Under the pieces are notes generated by a model that worked only from the letters and a program-made list of their open reading frames with translations, ran no database searches and was not told the DNA's origin. A stretch of DNA of 63,305 nt, counting the filler. It is 6 parts of 6 records of this genome, joined end to end, with 100 filler letters (N's around TTAATTAATTAA, not from the genome) between each part and the next. Parts side by side here need not be neighbours in the genome. Positions count along the whole stretch, not along the records: positions 23,272 to 42,715 come from SRR31147125_4516; positions 42,816 to 48,468 come from SRR31147125_4523; positions 48,569 to 57,178 come from SRR31147125_4531; 3 more parts are not named here. One strand, written 5' to 3'. Positions 40,601 through 53,830 of the stretch are shown piece by piece. The translations under genes were made by a program, and so were the position numbers. The first letter of the stretch is position 1. The number at the start of each line of letters is the position of its first letter.

Positions 40601-42715
40601 GGAGCAGGTGTATTTACAGAAGGATTAAATGAAACATTAGGATTTGAAAAAATCGGAGAATTTGCATTCGATGATTTATCACCATATTTTAATGCATTTA
40701 ATCAAATGGATGCAGTTGAAATTGAAGCACTTGTAGAAACTGATCTTCTACATGGCGTCATCTCAGAGATGTTGCTTGATGATAATTTCCAATCAGAACT
40801 TGTGACTGTATTAAATGATGCACAAGAGATTGCAACACTACCGCAAGACTTCTTAGATGTTGATGATGATTTAATTGATGATGGTGTTTTAGTCTCAGGT
40901 GAGATTACAAGTTTATTTGTAATGCTTCAAGCACTTGAACTTACGTCAACAGATGATTTTAGCAATATCGGATTAGAAACGTTTACAAATCTGATTGTCA
41001 AAGATACAAACGGAGAAGATAATTTTGATGAATTCTTTGGATCTGATTATATTTATACATTATTAGATAGAATGTTACAATTTGATGGTCTCAATGATTA
41101 TTTAAATGATATGCTTAGTGATGCTATTGGAGGAGACTTCCAAACACTTGATTTAACAATACCAAATGCAATGCTTGGTCAAAGTGCTGATGTGGGTACA
41201 TCCATTGAAGCCATTGAAGAAGGAAGAATTCCAAGAGCAGAATTTAGAAGAATGCTTATATCACTTGATCAATTAGGACCACTTGATGCATTAGGCATTC
41301 AAACATTTACAGATATGATTGATCCAAGTGATGCAAATGATAATTTCAGTGTATTTATTGAATCTGACTTTATTTACTTTGTCTTATCAAGATTAATTAG
41401 TAATCAAGGTTTTGCTGATTATGCAGAGGATGCATTATCAGGTGCATTTGGAGACGATCCTGTCACACTTGACATGAGTGTTCCTTCTGATGCAGAAGGA
41501 GCAACAGGTATAGAGCTAGACTTTATCTCAAGAACAGAACTTAGAAATCTGATGGTTTCATTTAAGTTATTAGGATTTGATGGTGAAACATCACCAGATG
41601 TAGCAACAATTATTGATATGCCTAATAACAATACATATTCTGTGATAGAAGATGATTTAGATATATTCTTAAATAGTATTTATTTAAGAGATAAAATCAG
41701 TCAAATGTTATTGTCAGATGTCATTATTGATTTAATTGGTACTGGACAATTTACATCAGCAGACTTTAATCTACCATCAAATGCATATGATGCACAATCA
41801 AGATTATCACAAGATCAAATTCATCTTGTATTTGATAGTTTAATACTTATAGGTGTTGCTGACTTTGATAACTTAGATATAGGTATTAGTTCAGTCACTG
41901 ATTTAACACCAGCCGAACAATCATCATTACTTGATTCATTATATTTATATGAAGTGATTGATCTTATGATTAAAGCACAATCAACAGATTTATCAATTCC
42001 AGTTGATGCGTATGTTTCTGGTGGATTCTATGATCAAATGATATCTAGAACTGAAATACTTGCTGTACTTAGTGTATTCGCAATCCCAGAAATAGGATCT
42101 GATCCAACACAAATAGATACCAATAGTATTACAACAGCGGTATTAAAACAAGTGTTAGATAAAGAATCACTCATTATTACCCAAATGGTTTCTGAACAAA
42201 TAGAAACAGCATTATCAGTAGATAATACTATCGCACCTGATGCTTATGAAACAATCCCCGGTGTTGATCGCATTACATTAAACGAAATCAAAGCATTAGT
42301 CGAAGTGATGGAAGAAATAAATATGACAGATTTATCATCATCATTTGATGTTGATGATATCGGCGTTACTGAATTACAAAACGTTCATTATTTAGGACTA
42401 GGTACTGACCCAGTATCAGATGACTATGATTCATATCTAATTCATCATCTAGTGAGTGGGCAAATAGAAGATACACTTACTGTTGATGTATTAACTCATC
42501 CTGATGCATATTTTGAAACTCCACTGGGTATAGATATGATTACAGCTGATGAAGTACAAGCATTAATCGAAGTCATGAGCGTTATTGGTATGAATGATCT
42601 TGCTTCTGGATTTGATGTTTCAAATGTGACAGTAGCAAATTTACAAGATATCCATTATTTAGGACTCGGCACTGATCCAGTATCGGATGACTATGATTCA
42701 TATATTATTCATGAT
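37679..42715 (+). CDS. Giant acidic membrane-anchored protein with CvpA-like N-terminal TM domain (partial)
   Basis: N-terminal TM helices with GLLRGA and NRFLGGLFGGVNG, then more than 1400 aa rich in D/E/I/L; runs off the contig end. Confidence 0.75.
42170..42715 (+). repeat. 89-aa tandem repeats at end of giant protein
   Basis: HYLGLGTDPVSDDYDSY starts at 42386 and 42653, 267 nt apart. Confidence 0.9.
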
Positions 42716-42815
42716 NNNNNNNNNNNNNNNNNNNNNNNNNNNNNNNNNNNNNNNNNNNNTTAATTAATTAANNNNNNNNNNNNNNNNNNNNNNNNNNNNN
42801 NNNNNNNNNNNNNNN
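42716..42815. other. Artificial contig linker
   Basis: Same 100-nt linker. Confidence 0.98.
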
Positions 42816-44068
42816 TCCCATTTCATTTAATTGATAAACACACCACAAGCCCAGAATATCAGCTTTACTTTCCTCAATTGAAGTATAGGTTTCTTTTAAC
42901 GCTTCACGAACGGTCGTTTCACCAGAAACTGTATTTCCAAGCCCCAAACCATGTGCTACTTCATGAAACATGGTATTTTCAAAGAATGCATCAAATTTTA
43001 CATGCTTACGTTGTTCTTCCATAATAAGCAAGTTTGAAATTGGAATAAGAATTTTATCAAACTTGGCTTGCATTGAGTTTTTCAACTGAAGCTTTCTACT
43101 TCCTTTATTCGCTCTAACTTTTTCATCATTAGGCAGGTTTATTGCAATGGTTTTGCTTCCAGCATTACAATCGCCAGCATAATAAATTACATCGTATGCG
43201 TTCATATCAGAATCAGAACCGGGAGTCTCATCCTTGTATGCTTCTTTACAGGGAAGTGCTTTTTGCAAGTCGGGCAAAATAGCTGCATATTTTTCAAGCT
43301 TTTTACTCCATTGCTTATCTTTTACAAGAATAAACGATTCGTGAGCCGTTTTATAACCATACAGCTGATCTTCGTAGTTTTCAATAGGACCAACAATAAA
43401 ATCAATGGTATTGTCTTTCATATCCAACCAGGCAATATCGCTATCATAGTAATCATCGGTAAATAATGCATCAGCCCGAAGTTCGAGATATTTCTTCAAA
43501 CCTTTTTCTTCTGCTAATTCAGCAGCAGTACGAATATACCCCGCAGCTTCTTCTACGATATCTTTATAAGCAACATGATATGGAATAGCTTTTAATTTAC
43601 CTTCATCATCTCTTTTTATCAATGTATAAAGATTTGTTTTTGATGGTTCATCCCATGCCGCAAACTCTTCCTTTGTCATATCAACCGGATAAAACATTGC
43701 TCCGGGGGCTTTTCTCCATAACCTTCAACAAATGGTTTATTTCCATTTAACCGCTCCCAAGGTCCATAGTTAATATTAATAAACTTAGCCTCCCCTTCAC
43801 TTTTCGCTTTTGACAAAACTTCTTCTCTATCTCCATAAGCTTGTGTCCAATATATATCCTGCATTAAATCTGCAGCCTTAAATAAATAAGGAAGCATTTG
43901 CTTCTCCTTTTCGGTTAATACTGAAAGATCCGTCGTTAACTTAAAAGTTGCGAACTCATCCGCTTTTTTCTCAAGTTCATTTTTCATAGATTCTGTTTGC
44001 TTTTGCCTATTTGAGCATGCAGTAGAAAACACGGTAACAATCGCAAGTAATAAAATTGTAGGTTTCAT
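42816..44068 (-). CDS. Peptidase M49 (dipeptidyl peptidase III-like) lipoprotein (partial, apparent frameshift ~43705)
   Basis: Lipobox STAC; NYGPW; KPPGA.FYP.DMTKEEF after restoring one base; AINLPND; HEVAHG; EESKAD. Confidence 0.88.
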
Positions 44069-44098
44069 TTCAGTATGTTTTCAGTAGTTATTTAATTT

Positions 44099-44416
44099 TT
44101 ACTTTTCGAATCCATATTCGTGCTCAACTATGGCAATACGTACTTTAAACGATTTATACCATTTTTCTTTACCCAGCTCCCGAGCCAACGAATGATCAAC
44201 ATTTTCACGCCAACTATTAACAGCATCCAAGTCTCGCCAGTAAGAAACAGTTATCCCTACTTCCTGTCGAGCTGATTCAACACCAAGGAAGCCATCTTGC
44301 ATAGAAGCCAATTCCTCCATCTTTTGAGCCATCTCCAAATATCCTTCATCAACTTCTGTTCTAACAGAAGTGAAAATTACAGCATAATATGGAAGATCTG
44401 TTTTATTAGAAATCAT
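44099..44416 (-). CDS. Antibiotic biosynthesis monooxygenase-family protein
   Basis: PYYAVIFTS...GFLGVESAR..GITVSYW...H..AR..G...WY. Confidence 0.88.
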   Translation of the reverse strand: MISNKTDLPYYAVIFTSVRTEVDEGYLEMAQKMEELASMQDGFLGVESARQEVGITVSYWRDLDAVNSWRENVDHSLARELGKEKWYKSFKVRIAIVEHEYGFEK

Positions 44417-44547
44417 AAAGAATTCAATTCGACAAAACAACTTTCTAAAAGTAAACCAGTTACACAATAAAGGTCTACAACTGTGAAAATTTTTTTGGTG
44501 TTTCAGAAATCATCATCAGCATGTCAAAATTACGAATGATAATTTAC

Positions 44548-44574
44548 AAAAAATGCTGTCATTTGACAGCATTT
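44548..44574 (-). terminator. Intrinsic terminator after yidC
   Basis: AAATGCTGTCA-tt-TGACAGCATTT with U-tract on the - strand. Confidence 0.75.
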
Positions 44575-44578
44575 AAAG

Positions 44579-46491
44579 TTATTTTTTAGGAAGTTTCACT
44601 CCTTTTTGTTGAGCCATCTTCTCGACTCGTTGCTGGAATTTGGACTTTCCAGCCGGAGCCTTCTTTTGTTTTGCTTTGAGTTGTGCCCGTATCTTGTCTT
44701 CATCAATTAATGTACGGAATAAATACATCTGACCAATTGTAATCAAGTTTGCAAGGAAATAGTAGTAACTCAATCCAGAAGCATATTTATTCAAAATAAA
44801 CAAGAACATAACTGGCATCATATACATCATGGTTTGCATTCCCGGCATTTGCTGACTACTAGTAGCCTGCGAATTCATTTTTGTTGAAACAATCGTGGTG
44901 ATCGTCATCAATAAACAAAATAAACTTACATGAGCACCATAGAAAGGAATTTCAAATGGCAAATTAAATATTGAATCATATGTAGAAAGGTCGTGCGCCC
45001 ATAAAAAGCTCTGCTGACGAAGCTCAATCGAAGTTGGAAAGAAAAGAACATCGATATCAAAATCGGAAACTGTAGTAACATAGGCAAACATCCACCCATT
45101 GGATTCACTCCGGCCTTTTTATATAAAGCCATTGTAGCCTGCTGCTTTTCCATTGCTTTATCTTTCCCATACTTTTCTGTTAACTCATCAATTTCAGGTT
45201 TTAAAGCTTTCATTTTAGCCTGAGAAACGTATGATTTGTATGTTAGTGGCAGAAGAATCATCTTTATAAAGATGGTCAATAATAGAATAATGATACCAAA
45301 GTTGGCAATATGATTTCTTAAAAAGTTAAAGACAGGTATAATCAACCAGGTATTCACAAAACGCACATAGCCAAGGTCAATAACACGCTCCATAGACAAA
45401 TCGTACTGCTTAAGCGTATTGTAGTGATTTGGACCAAAATAAAACTGCAAGTCATAATTTTCGGTTGGTTTGCCTTCGTATGGAAGAGCAATATCTGCAA
45501 AAAACCCACCTACGTAATCTGGATCTTCTTCAAAATAATCGTAACGAATATCAGCTGTAGGAAACGATTCATCTGCAATTATTGTAGAACTAAAGAAAAG
45601 CTGCTTGAAACTAATCCATTTCACTTTGGTCTTCAAGGTTTCTTCATCCGATTTTGCTTGCCCTAATTTATCAACATCATCTCCCAGATATTTGTAACTC
45701 ACAGTTGTATAACGGTCTTCACCAAATTTAGACATGCGCTCCAATCGTGGAGCGGTGTATGCCCAGTTAAAGTTTAAGTAATTTGTATTCTGAGGAAGCA
45801 ATTGCGATAAGCCTACACTTTTAATATTAAAATCAACCAGGTAAGAATTGTGTTTCAATCCATATTCATATTCCAAATAACGATTATTTCCAGCATTTAA
45901 ACGCATTGAAATGCTCTCGCTACTAACACTGTTTTCTTCATTGTATTTTTCATTACCCTTCTTTCCTTTTTTAACATCAGAACCAGAAACAACAATTTTC
46001 TCGTTACTTATTGAAGGCTGAAAATAGAGGTCATCAGTTAAAATACTTTTATTTTGAGAAAAGAAATTCATCCCAAACATATTTCCATCACCTTCAAAAA
46101 GGATAAGCGGCAATGAATCGTAAGTTTGATAATCTTTTAATTCAACAGAATAAATTTTACCACCTTTTGTTGAGATGGTTACTTTCATTAAATTATTCTC
46201 AAGAGTAATAAATTTCTCTTCACCAATAGCAGAAGCACCAAAATCACCATATTTAGCAATTGCACTATTAGTTACATCTAATGAATCTGACAACTGAGAA
46301 TCAGTAGCAACTTGCTCCATTTGCTGAATCTGTGCTTGTGCTTCCTGATTTCTTACAGCTTCAATTTGAGCGATTGAATCCTGACGACGTTTTGTCGCTG
46401 CTATTTCTTCTTCAGAAGGTTTATTGAAGTAACTAAATCCTATAAGGATGGTAAAAATCAGCACTATCCCAACAATCGTATTTCTATCCAT
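44579..46491 (-). CDS. yidC: Membrane protein insertase YidC (apparent frameshift ~45043)
   Basis: [26 protein letters not shown]; one T restores [23 protein letters not shown]. Confidence 0.95.
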
Positions 46492-46505
46492 TTGTTTCTA
46501 TTTTC

Positions 46506-48122
<1,617 letters not shown>

Positions 48123-48202
48123 TTAATGTTCCTAAAAACGCACAAAGGTAATCAATAAATATCATTGACCATCCTTAAAGTGCTCGATAAAATATGACAA
48201 AT

Positions 48203-48226
48203 AAAAAAACCCGCTAAAATTAGCGG
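48203..48226 (-). terminator. Intrinsic terminator
   Basis: CCGCTAA-aa-TTAGCGG with adjacent A7. Confidence 0.7.
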
Positions 48227-48244
48227 CTATATTTTCATTAAGGC

Positions 48245-48468
48245 CTATTCATCATCGTCCATTGCATCAATAATGCGAATCTTTTCTTTAAGCTGCTTTA
48301 TCTTTCCCTTGGCATCTTCAATTTTCTTATTCACATCTCCAATTAAAGCCTCAGCATTCTTTGTGTTGGCAAAAAATCCAATGTTATTATTAAGAAGCGC
48401 CAAGTCATTCTCCAACTGCTTTAACTTGGTAACATATTTATCGCGCTCAAACCGCATTTTGTTGTACC
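48245..48468 (-). CDS. DUF349-family protein C-terminus (partial)
   Basis: ERDK...LENDLALLNNNIGFF coiled-coil tail, upstream of pyrG-yidC as commonly seen in Bacteroidales. Confidence 0.7.
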
Positions 48469-48568
48469 NNNNNNNNNNNNNNNNNNNNNNNNNNNNNNNN
48501 NNNNNNNNNNNNTTAATTAATTAANNNNNNNNNNNNNNNNNNNNNNNNNNNNNNNNNNNNNNNNNNNN
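48469..48568. other. Artificial contig linker
   Basis: Same 100-nt linker. Confidence 0.98.
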
Positions 48569-48650
48569 TTTTAGTAACTTAATTAATAATAAATTCTCCT
48601 ATAATGCAGCAAATAACTATTTTTCCTTGAAATAAATTTTGTGTAAATAA

Positions 48651-48698
48651 AATAAAAATAGTATTTTCAACAGACAACAGTCTATTGAAAATACTATA
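48651..48698 (-). terminator. Terminator of uxu operon
   Basis: ATAGTATTTTCAA.AGAC / GTCT.TTGAAAATACTAT hairpin with U-tract on the - strand. Confidence 0.75.
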
Positions 48699-48733
48699 AT
48701 TCCCCTCCATTTCGAATAGGTTGGGTCTATTTC

Positions 48734-50362
48734 TTAGTTACTCAATTGTTCTAAATATTTTTTTAGAACATTTCTTACTGCTTCTTTACTTTCAATCATT
48801 TCTTTGAAATAAGATTCAACTTTTTCACCCAGTCCAACCTTATATAAATCAACTCCAAATAAATTGGAGTTTGATAATATTGGTTTCAGGGATTCACCAA
48901 TAGAATCAGGTTTTCCTAATTGAATATGAGATAACTTGGCTGTTAGTTCCTCTATCATTGGATCAGGACTAAGCGTAAACTCGTTGCCTTTATCGTCAAT
49001 TGCCAATAGGTACCTTAACCATCCAGCTAGTGTTATAGGAATGTATTTCAGATTAGCTGGATTTAAATCATCTCTTTCGTCATAAGCTTTGATAGTTTCA
49101 CCGAATCTTATTGCAACTTTTTGAGATGTATCAGATGCAATTCTTTGAGGAGTGTCAGGTATAAATTTGTTTGGAAATCTTACTTCCAATACTTCTTTTA
49201 TAAACTCCTTTGGATTGATAATTTTAGGATCAACTACAACTTTTAAGCCTTCATCATATCCTATTTTCTCAACAAGTTGTTTTAATTCATTATCTCGCAT
49301 CTCCTCAGCAATTGATGTATGACCTAACAGGCATCCAAAAATTGCCAGTGCAGTATGGAGCGGATTAAGGCAGGTGCAAACTTTCATTTTTTCTATCTTA
49401 TTAACGGTTTCTCTATCTGTAAACATAACTCCAACTTCTTCAAGTGGAATTCTTCCATTAGGGAATTTATCTTCAATTACAAGGTACTGAGCTCCCTCGG
49501 CATTTACAAATGGAGCAGTATAAGTATTTTTGTCAGTACAAATTATCTCTGTACTTTTGAATCCAATATTTTCAAGATCATTTTTTACAAATTCAGAAGG
49601 TCTAGGTGTTATTTTATCAATCATCGTTATTGGAAAGCTAACTTTTGTCTCATCGTTAATGAAATTCAAAAATTCCTTCTCAATAAAACCATTTTTTACC
49701 CATTCTTCTGCAATTGTTTTTACAGCATTGTGCAGTTTATCACCATTATGAGAGCAGTTATCCATACTTACAAGTGCTATAGGGTGTTTTCCAGCTTGAT
49801 ATCTGGTATAAGCAAGTGAAGTTAATTTTGACATAGTGTGAATTGGTGTAGTGGGACCATTTTTCATATCTTCCTTAATTACATCAAAATATTCACCTGA
49901 ACTTGTTTTTAATCCATAACCTTTTTCCGTGATAGTAAAGCTAGCCATTTGAAGAGATGCTTGTTTGAATATCCCCTGTAGTTTACTCCACTCAGCTTCA
50001 TTAGTAGCATCTGCAATGATACTATCGGTTATACTCTGGATAACAGTTTTTTCAAGCTTACCATCCGGATTCATAATTACTAAGAGACTCAGGTTATCGT
50101 AAGGTTTATATGCTCTGTTGATAACTTCATAATCAAAAGATTCGGCAGCAATAATTCCACTATGATGTTTTCCCATCTCTATTAATTTTTGATGAGATAA
50201 AGCTAAAAAACCTCTAAAGATATTTCCAGCACCAAAGTGAATCCATGTTGGATTTTTTTTAGTTTCCTCTATTAAATTTTGATAGTTTATGTTTGGAAGT
50301 ATGATGTCTGCTTCCTGCCACTTATCTTTATTTAAGATACTCTCTTTATTTAAACTTAGCAT
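48734..50362 (-). CDS. uxuB: D-mannonate oxidoreductase/fructuronate reductase (mannitol dehydrogenase family)
   Basis: HFGAGNIFRG, FTITEKGY, SMDNCSHNG, MIDKITP, CLNPLH, DTPQRIA.DTSQK. Confidence 0.9.
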   Translation of the reverse strand: MLSLNKESILNKDKWQEADIILPNINYQNLIEETKKNPTWIHFGAGNIFRGFLALSHQKLIEMGKHHSGIIAAESFDYEVINRAYKPYDNLSLLVIMNPDGKLEKTVIQSITDSIIADATNEAEWSKLQGIFKQASLQMASFTITEKGYGLKTSSGEYFDVIKEDMKNGPTTPIHTMSKLTSLAYTRYQAGKHPIALVSMDNCSHNGDKLHNAVKTIAEEWVKNGFIEKEFLNFINDETKVSFPITMIDKITPRPSEFVKNDLENIGFKSTEIICTDKNTYTAPFVNAEGAQYLVIEDKFPNGRIPLEEVGVMFTDRETVNKIEKMKVCTCLNPLHTALAIFGCLLGHTSIAEEMRDNELKQLVEKIGYDEGLKVVVDPKIINPKEFIKEVLEVRFPNKFIPDTPQRIASDTSQKVAIRFGETIKAYDERDDLNPANLKYIPITLAGWLRYLLAIDDKGNEFTLSPDPMIEELTAKLSHIQLGKPDSIGESLKPILSNSNLFGVDLYKVGLGEKVESYFKEMIESKEAVRNVLKKYLEQLSN

Positions 50363-50374
50363 TTTCTACCTCCG

Positions 50375-51451
50375 TTATAATCTGTTTTTTTCCTTTTCAA
50401 GGGAGTCCCAAATTCCTAATATGTACATGATTCCCATAGCTCTGTCATAAAGTCCATAGCCAGGTCTGCAATATTTTTCTTCTCCCCAAAGATGTCTTCC
50501 ATGATCAGGTCTCATATAACCAGTGAAGCCATTTTCATGGTAAGCTTTTACCACATCAACTACATCAACGGAACCATCTTGAGCTCTATGAGAAGTTTCG
50601 ATAAAATTGCCATTATCAAATAGTTTTACATTTCTAATGTGTGCAAAGTGAATTCTATTTGAGTGTTTTCTAATTATAGCTGGAATGTCATTTTTTTCGT
50701 TAGACCCAAGAGAACCTGTACATAGTGATAAGCCGTTATAAGGATTATCAACAAGTTTCAAAAATCTATCAATGTTTTTTTCTGTAGTGATAATTCTAGG
50801 TAAGCCAAAAATTGGAAATGCTGGATCATCAGGGTGAATTCCCATTTTGATGTCAAGTTTTTCAGCTACCGGAATGATTTTTTCAAGGAAATACTTTAGG
50901 TTATCCCATAACTGCTCCTCTGAGAAGCCTTTATACGCTTCGAATAACTCCTCAATTTTAGCAAGTCGTTCAGGTTCCCATCCAGGCATAGTTACATCAA
51001 TATCCTTTGATAATGTTTGAATAAGCTCTTTAGGATTAACATTCTCTATTTTTGAGCTTTCAAAAAATAGTGCATTTGATCCATCTTCTGTTTCTCTATA
51101 TAAATCAGTTCTTGTCCAGTCAAATACAGGCATAAAGTTATAACAGATAACTTTTACTCCAACTTTAGCTAACTTCTCCATGGTTTTAATATAGTTTTCA
51201 ATATATTTATCCCTGCTAGCTAAACCTAGTTTAATATCTTCGTGAACATTTACACTTTCTACAACGTCAATATTGAAACCATATTTTTCAGCTTGACTCT
51301 TTACTTCTTCTATTTTTTCCATTGGCCATTCAGCACCAGCAGCCATATCATGTAGCGACCAAACAACACCCTCAACACCTGGAATTTGTTTGATTTTATC
51401 TAATGTAATGTCATCATTACCTTCACCGTACCATCTAAATGTCATTTGCAT
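50375..51451 (-). CDS. uxuA: Mannonate dehydratase
   Basis: MTFRWYG, ESVNVHE, CYNFMPVFDWTR, HPDDP, RPDHGR, GYGLYDRA. Confidence 0.97.
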   Translation of the reverse strand: MQMTFRWYGEGNDDITLDKIKQIPGVEGVVWSLHDMAAGAEWPMEKIEEVKSQAEKYGFNIDVVESVNVHEDIKLGLASRDKYIENYIKTMEKLAKVGVKVICYNFMPVFDWTRTDLYRETEDGSNALFFESSKIENVNPKELIQTLSKDIDVTMPGWEPERLAKIEELFEAYKGFSEEQLWDNLKYFLEKIIPVAEKLDIKMGIHPDDPAFPIFGLPRIITTEKNIDRFLKLVDNPYNGLSLCTGSLGSNEKNDIPAIIRKHSNRIHFAHIRNVKLFDNGNFIETSHRAQDGSVDVVDVVKAYHENGFTGYMRPDHGRHLWGEEKYCRPGYGLYDRAMGIMYILGIWDSLEKEKNRL

Positions 51452-51513
51452 ATTTTTTCCTCCGTTTAGAGCTTTCGTACTCGTTTTATTTTTAAATAGC
51501 TTTAAACTAATTT

Positions 51514-52533
51514 TTAGTCAAATTTTAATACAATTTTCTTTACATTTTTTGGATCATCCTCAATTAACTTCATAGCCTTAGCAGCATCATCAAAACTGAT
51601 TACATGTGAGATAAGTTTCTCAGCTTGTAACTTATTTTGATTAAATAACTCTACAACTTCTTTGAATTTATAAGTTTGATGTCTTGATCCTCTTACATCA
51701 AGCTCTTTTAAAGTGATTCCTAATTGTGCTATTTCAGAGATTTCCTTAGTAAATCCAAGACACATTACTCTACCAGCAACAGATGTAATTTCGATTGCTT
51801 GTTCAAATGTTTTAGGCAAGCATACTGCATCTATTGTTACGTTAGAACCCATTCCATTTGTGATCTCCCTTACTCTTTCAAGCGGGTCTTCATTTGCTGG
51901 ATTAATAAGATAATCTGCTCCGAGCTCTTTTGCAGCGATGAGTCTCTTTTCGTTATAATCAGAAATGATACAAATGCCTCCTTTTAACTTTGCCATTTCA
52001 AGGACACACATTCCAATTGGCCCTGCTCCCATGATGAAAACAAAATCATTCTCTTTAATATCTGCTCTCCATGTTATTTGAGCGGCTATAGTATACGGCT
52101 CAATCATTGCAGCTTGCTCCCACGGGATATTATCATTAAACTTAAAGATCCTTTTTGCAGGAGCTTTGTAATATTCCTGGAAACCACCATCTACGTGACA
52201 ACCTCTTACTTTTAAATTAGCACATGCATTGGGTCTGCCTGACTTACACGCATAACACTCGCCGCACTCTATCATTGGTTCTATGATTACTTTATCTCCG
52301 TTTTTTATATTTGTAACATCTGTTCCAATTGCTATGACCTCTCCAACCATCTCATGTCCCAGTACTCGTGGATATACAGCTACAGGAGAGGTACCGTGAT
52401 ATATATGCACATCAGAGCCACAAATACCTACAGCTTTTAACTTAACCAGTACGTCATCAGCGTGTGTAATCTCTGGAATATCTCTTTCAATAGTTATCAT
52501 TTTATTAGGTTCAACTACTTGTATTGCTTTCAT
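51514..52533 (-). CDS. Zn-dependent sugar-acid dehydrogenase (RspB/YjjN-like)
   Basis: GICGSD, GHE, CGECYAC..C, GAGPIG, KELDVRGSR. Confidence 0.88.
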   Translation of the reverse strand: MKAIQVVEPNKMITIERDIPEITHADDVLVKLKAVGICGSDVHIYHGTSPVAVYPRVLGHEMVGEVIAIGTDVTNIKNGDKVIIEPMIECGECYACKSGRPNACANLKVRGCHVDGGFQEYYKAPAKRIFKFNDNIPWEQAAMIEPYTIAAQITWRADIKENDFVFIMGAGPIGMCVLEMAKLKGGICIISDYNEKRLIAAKELGADYLINPANEDPLERVREITNGMGSNVTIDAVCLPKTFEQAIEITSVAGRVMCLGFTKEISEIAQLGITLKELDVRGSRHQTYKFKEVVELFNQNKLQAEKLISHVISFDDAAKAMKLIEDDPKNVKKIVLKFD

Positions 52534-52555
52534 AACTTCTCTCCTTTTATACAAT

Positions 52556-53830
52556 TTATTTAAATATTAAATTAGGTAGTGCTAAACTAATTGATGGAAC
52601 ATAAGTTACCAGCATTAAAACGACTAAACTGACGCATAAAAATGGAATAATGGCTTTGACGGCATCTCCCATGGACACTTTACCTATACTTGAGGCAACA
52701 AAGAGACAAACACCAACAGGCGGAGTTGTTAAACCAATCATTAAATTTAAAACCATAATAACTCCAAACTGTATTGGGTCTATCCCAAGAGGAGTTACAA
52801 CTCCCAATAATACAGGAAATAGAATTACTAATGCAGCTATTGTCTCCATAAAAGTTCCTACGAAGAGTAGTAAAATGTTTATTAATAATAAAACAACAAA
52901 TTTATTATGAGAAATATGTAAAACTCCCTCAGCTACTTTTTGTGGAACCTGGTTACTTGTAAGAATCCAAGCAAAGATATTGGCAAATCCTACTAGCATC
53001 ATAATCGCAGAGGTAGATATTATTGAGTCTAATAATATCTTTGGCAAATTTTTAAATTTAAGCTCTTTGTATATATACTTCCCGACAATTATTGCATATA
53101 ATACTGCTGCAATTGAAGCTTCGGTTGGTGTAAAGATTCCACCTAAAATCCCAAAAAGTATTAGTACAGTTAGCATAATAGCCCAGAATGCATCTTTGAA
53201 GGCTAGAAATTTTGCTTTCATAGTTGTTTTTTCGCCTTGAGGATGATTCTTTACTTTAGAAATGAAGTATGAAACAATCATTAGGCCTATTCCTAGTAAT
53301 ACACCTGGAATAGCACCAGCTAAGAACATTTTACTAACTGAAACACCTGTTAGTGTACCGATGATAATCATTGGTAAACTTGGTGGTATAATTGGTCCAA
53401 TTGTTGATGATGCTGCGGTTACTGCTGCGGAATAATCACCTCCATATCCTTCTTCTTTCATAGCAGGGATCATGATACCACCAATACTGGCTGTATCAGC
53501 TAATGCAGTACCTGAAATTCCAGCAAATACCATTGATGAACCAATATTTGCAAGCCCAAGACCACCTCTAATATGTCCAACAAATGTATTACAGAATTTT
53601 ATTATCCTCATTGTAATTCCACCACTATTCATTAGGTTACCAGCAAGTACAAAACCAGGTATGCAAAGTAGCGTAAATGCGTCCATTCCGGCATACATTT
53701 TTTGAGCCAGTACAACTAATGGTGTCCCTGAGAGGAGTAAATATACCAGTGAAGAGAGCCCTAAACAGAATGCCACCGGAACTCCAATAAATAAAAGTAT
53801 AAAAAATATTGCAAATAAAATTATTTCCAT
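52556..53830 (-). CDS. dctM: TRAP transporter large permease
   Basis: GISGTALAD, IIPPS, FTPTEA, TPPVG. Confidence 0.95.
   Translation of the reverse strand: MEIILFAIFFILLFIGVPVAFCLGLSSLVYLLLSGTPLVVLAQKMYAGMDAFTLLCIPGFVLAGNLMNSGGITMRIIKFCNTFVGHIRGGLGLANIGSSMVFAGISGTALADTASIGGIMIPAMKEEGYGGDYSAAVTAASSTIGPIIPPSLPMIIIGTLTGVSVSKMFLAGAIPGVLLGIGLMIVSYFISKVKNHPQGEKTTMKAKFLAFKDAFWAIMLTVLILFGILGGIFTPTEASIAAVLYAIIVGKYIYKELKFKNLPKILLDSIISTSAIMMLVGFANIFAWILTSNQVPQKVAEGVLHISHNKFVVLLLINILLLFVGTFMETIAALVILFPVLLGVVTPLGIDPIQFGVIMVLNLMIGLTTPPVGVCLFVASSIGKVSMGDAVKAIIPFLCVSLVVLMLVTYVPSISLALPNLIFK

Noticed and set aside
23272-42715. UGA-to-Trp recoding in the mollicute-like contig
   Set aside because: Long ORFs are intact in code 11, Trp is TGG, and TGA ends the CDF gene at 37576.
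44579-46491. Programmed frameshifting or phase variation in yidC, PduO and the ABC gene
   Set aside because: The runs are short, occur in unrelated organisms and are all deletions; sequencing error is simpler.
48625-48648. Second IS256-like end (AAATTTTGTGTAAA)
   Set aside because: Lacks the terminal GG.AGTGT part and any transposase; it fits a TTTACA -35 element on the - strand equally well.
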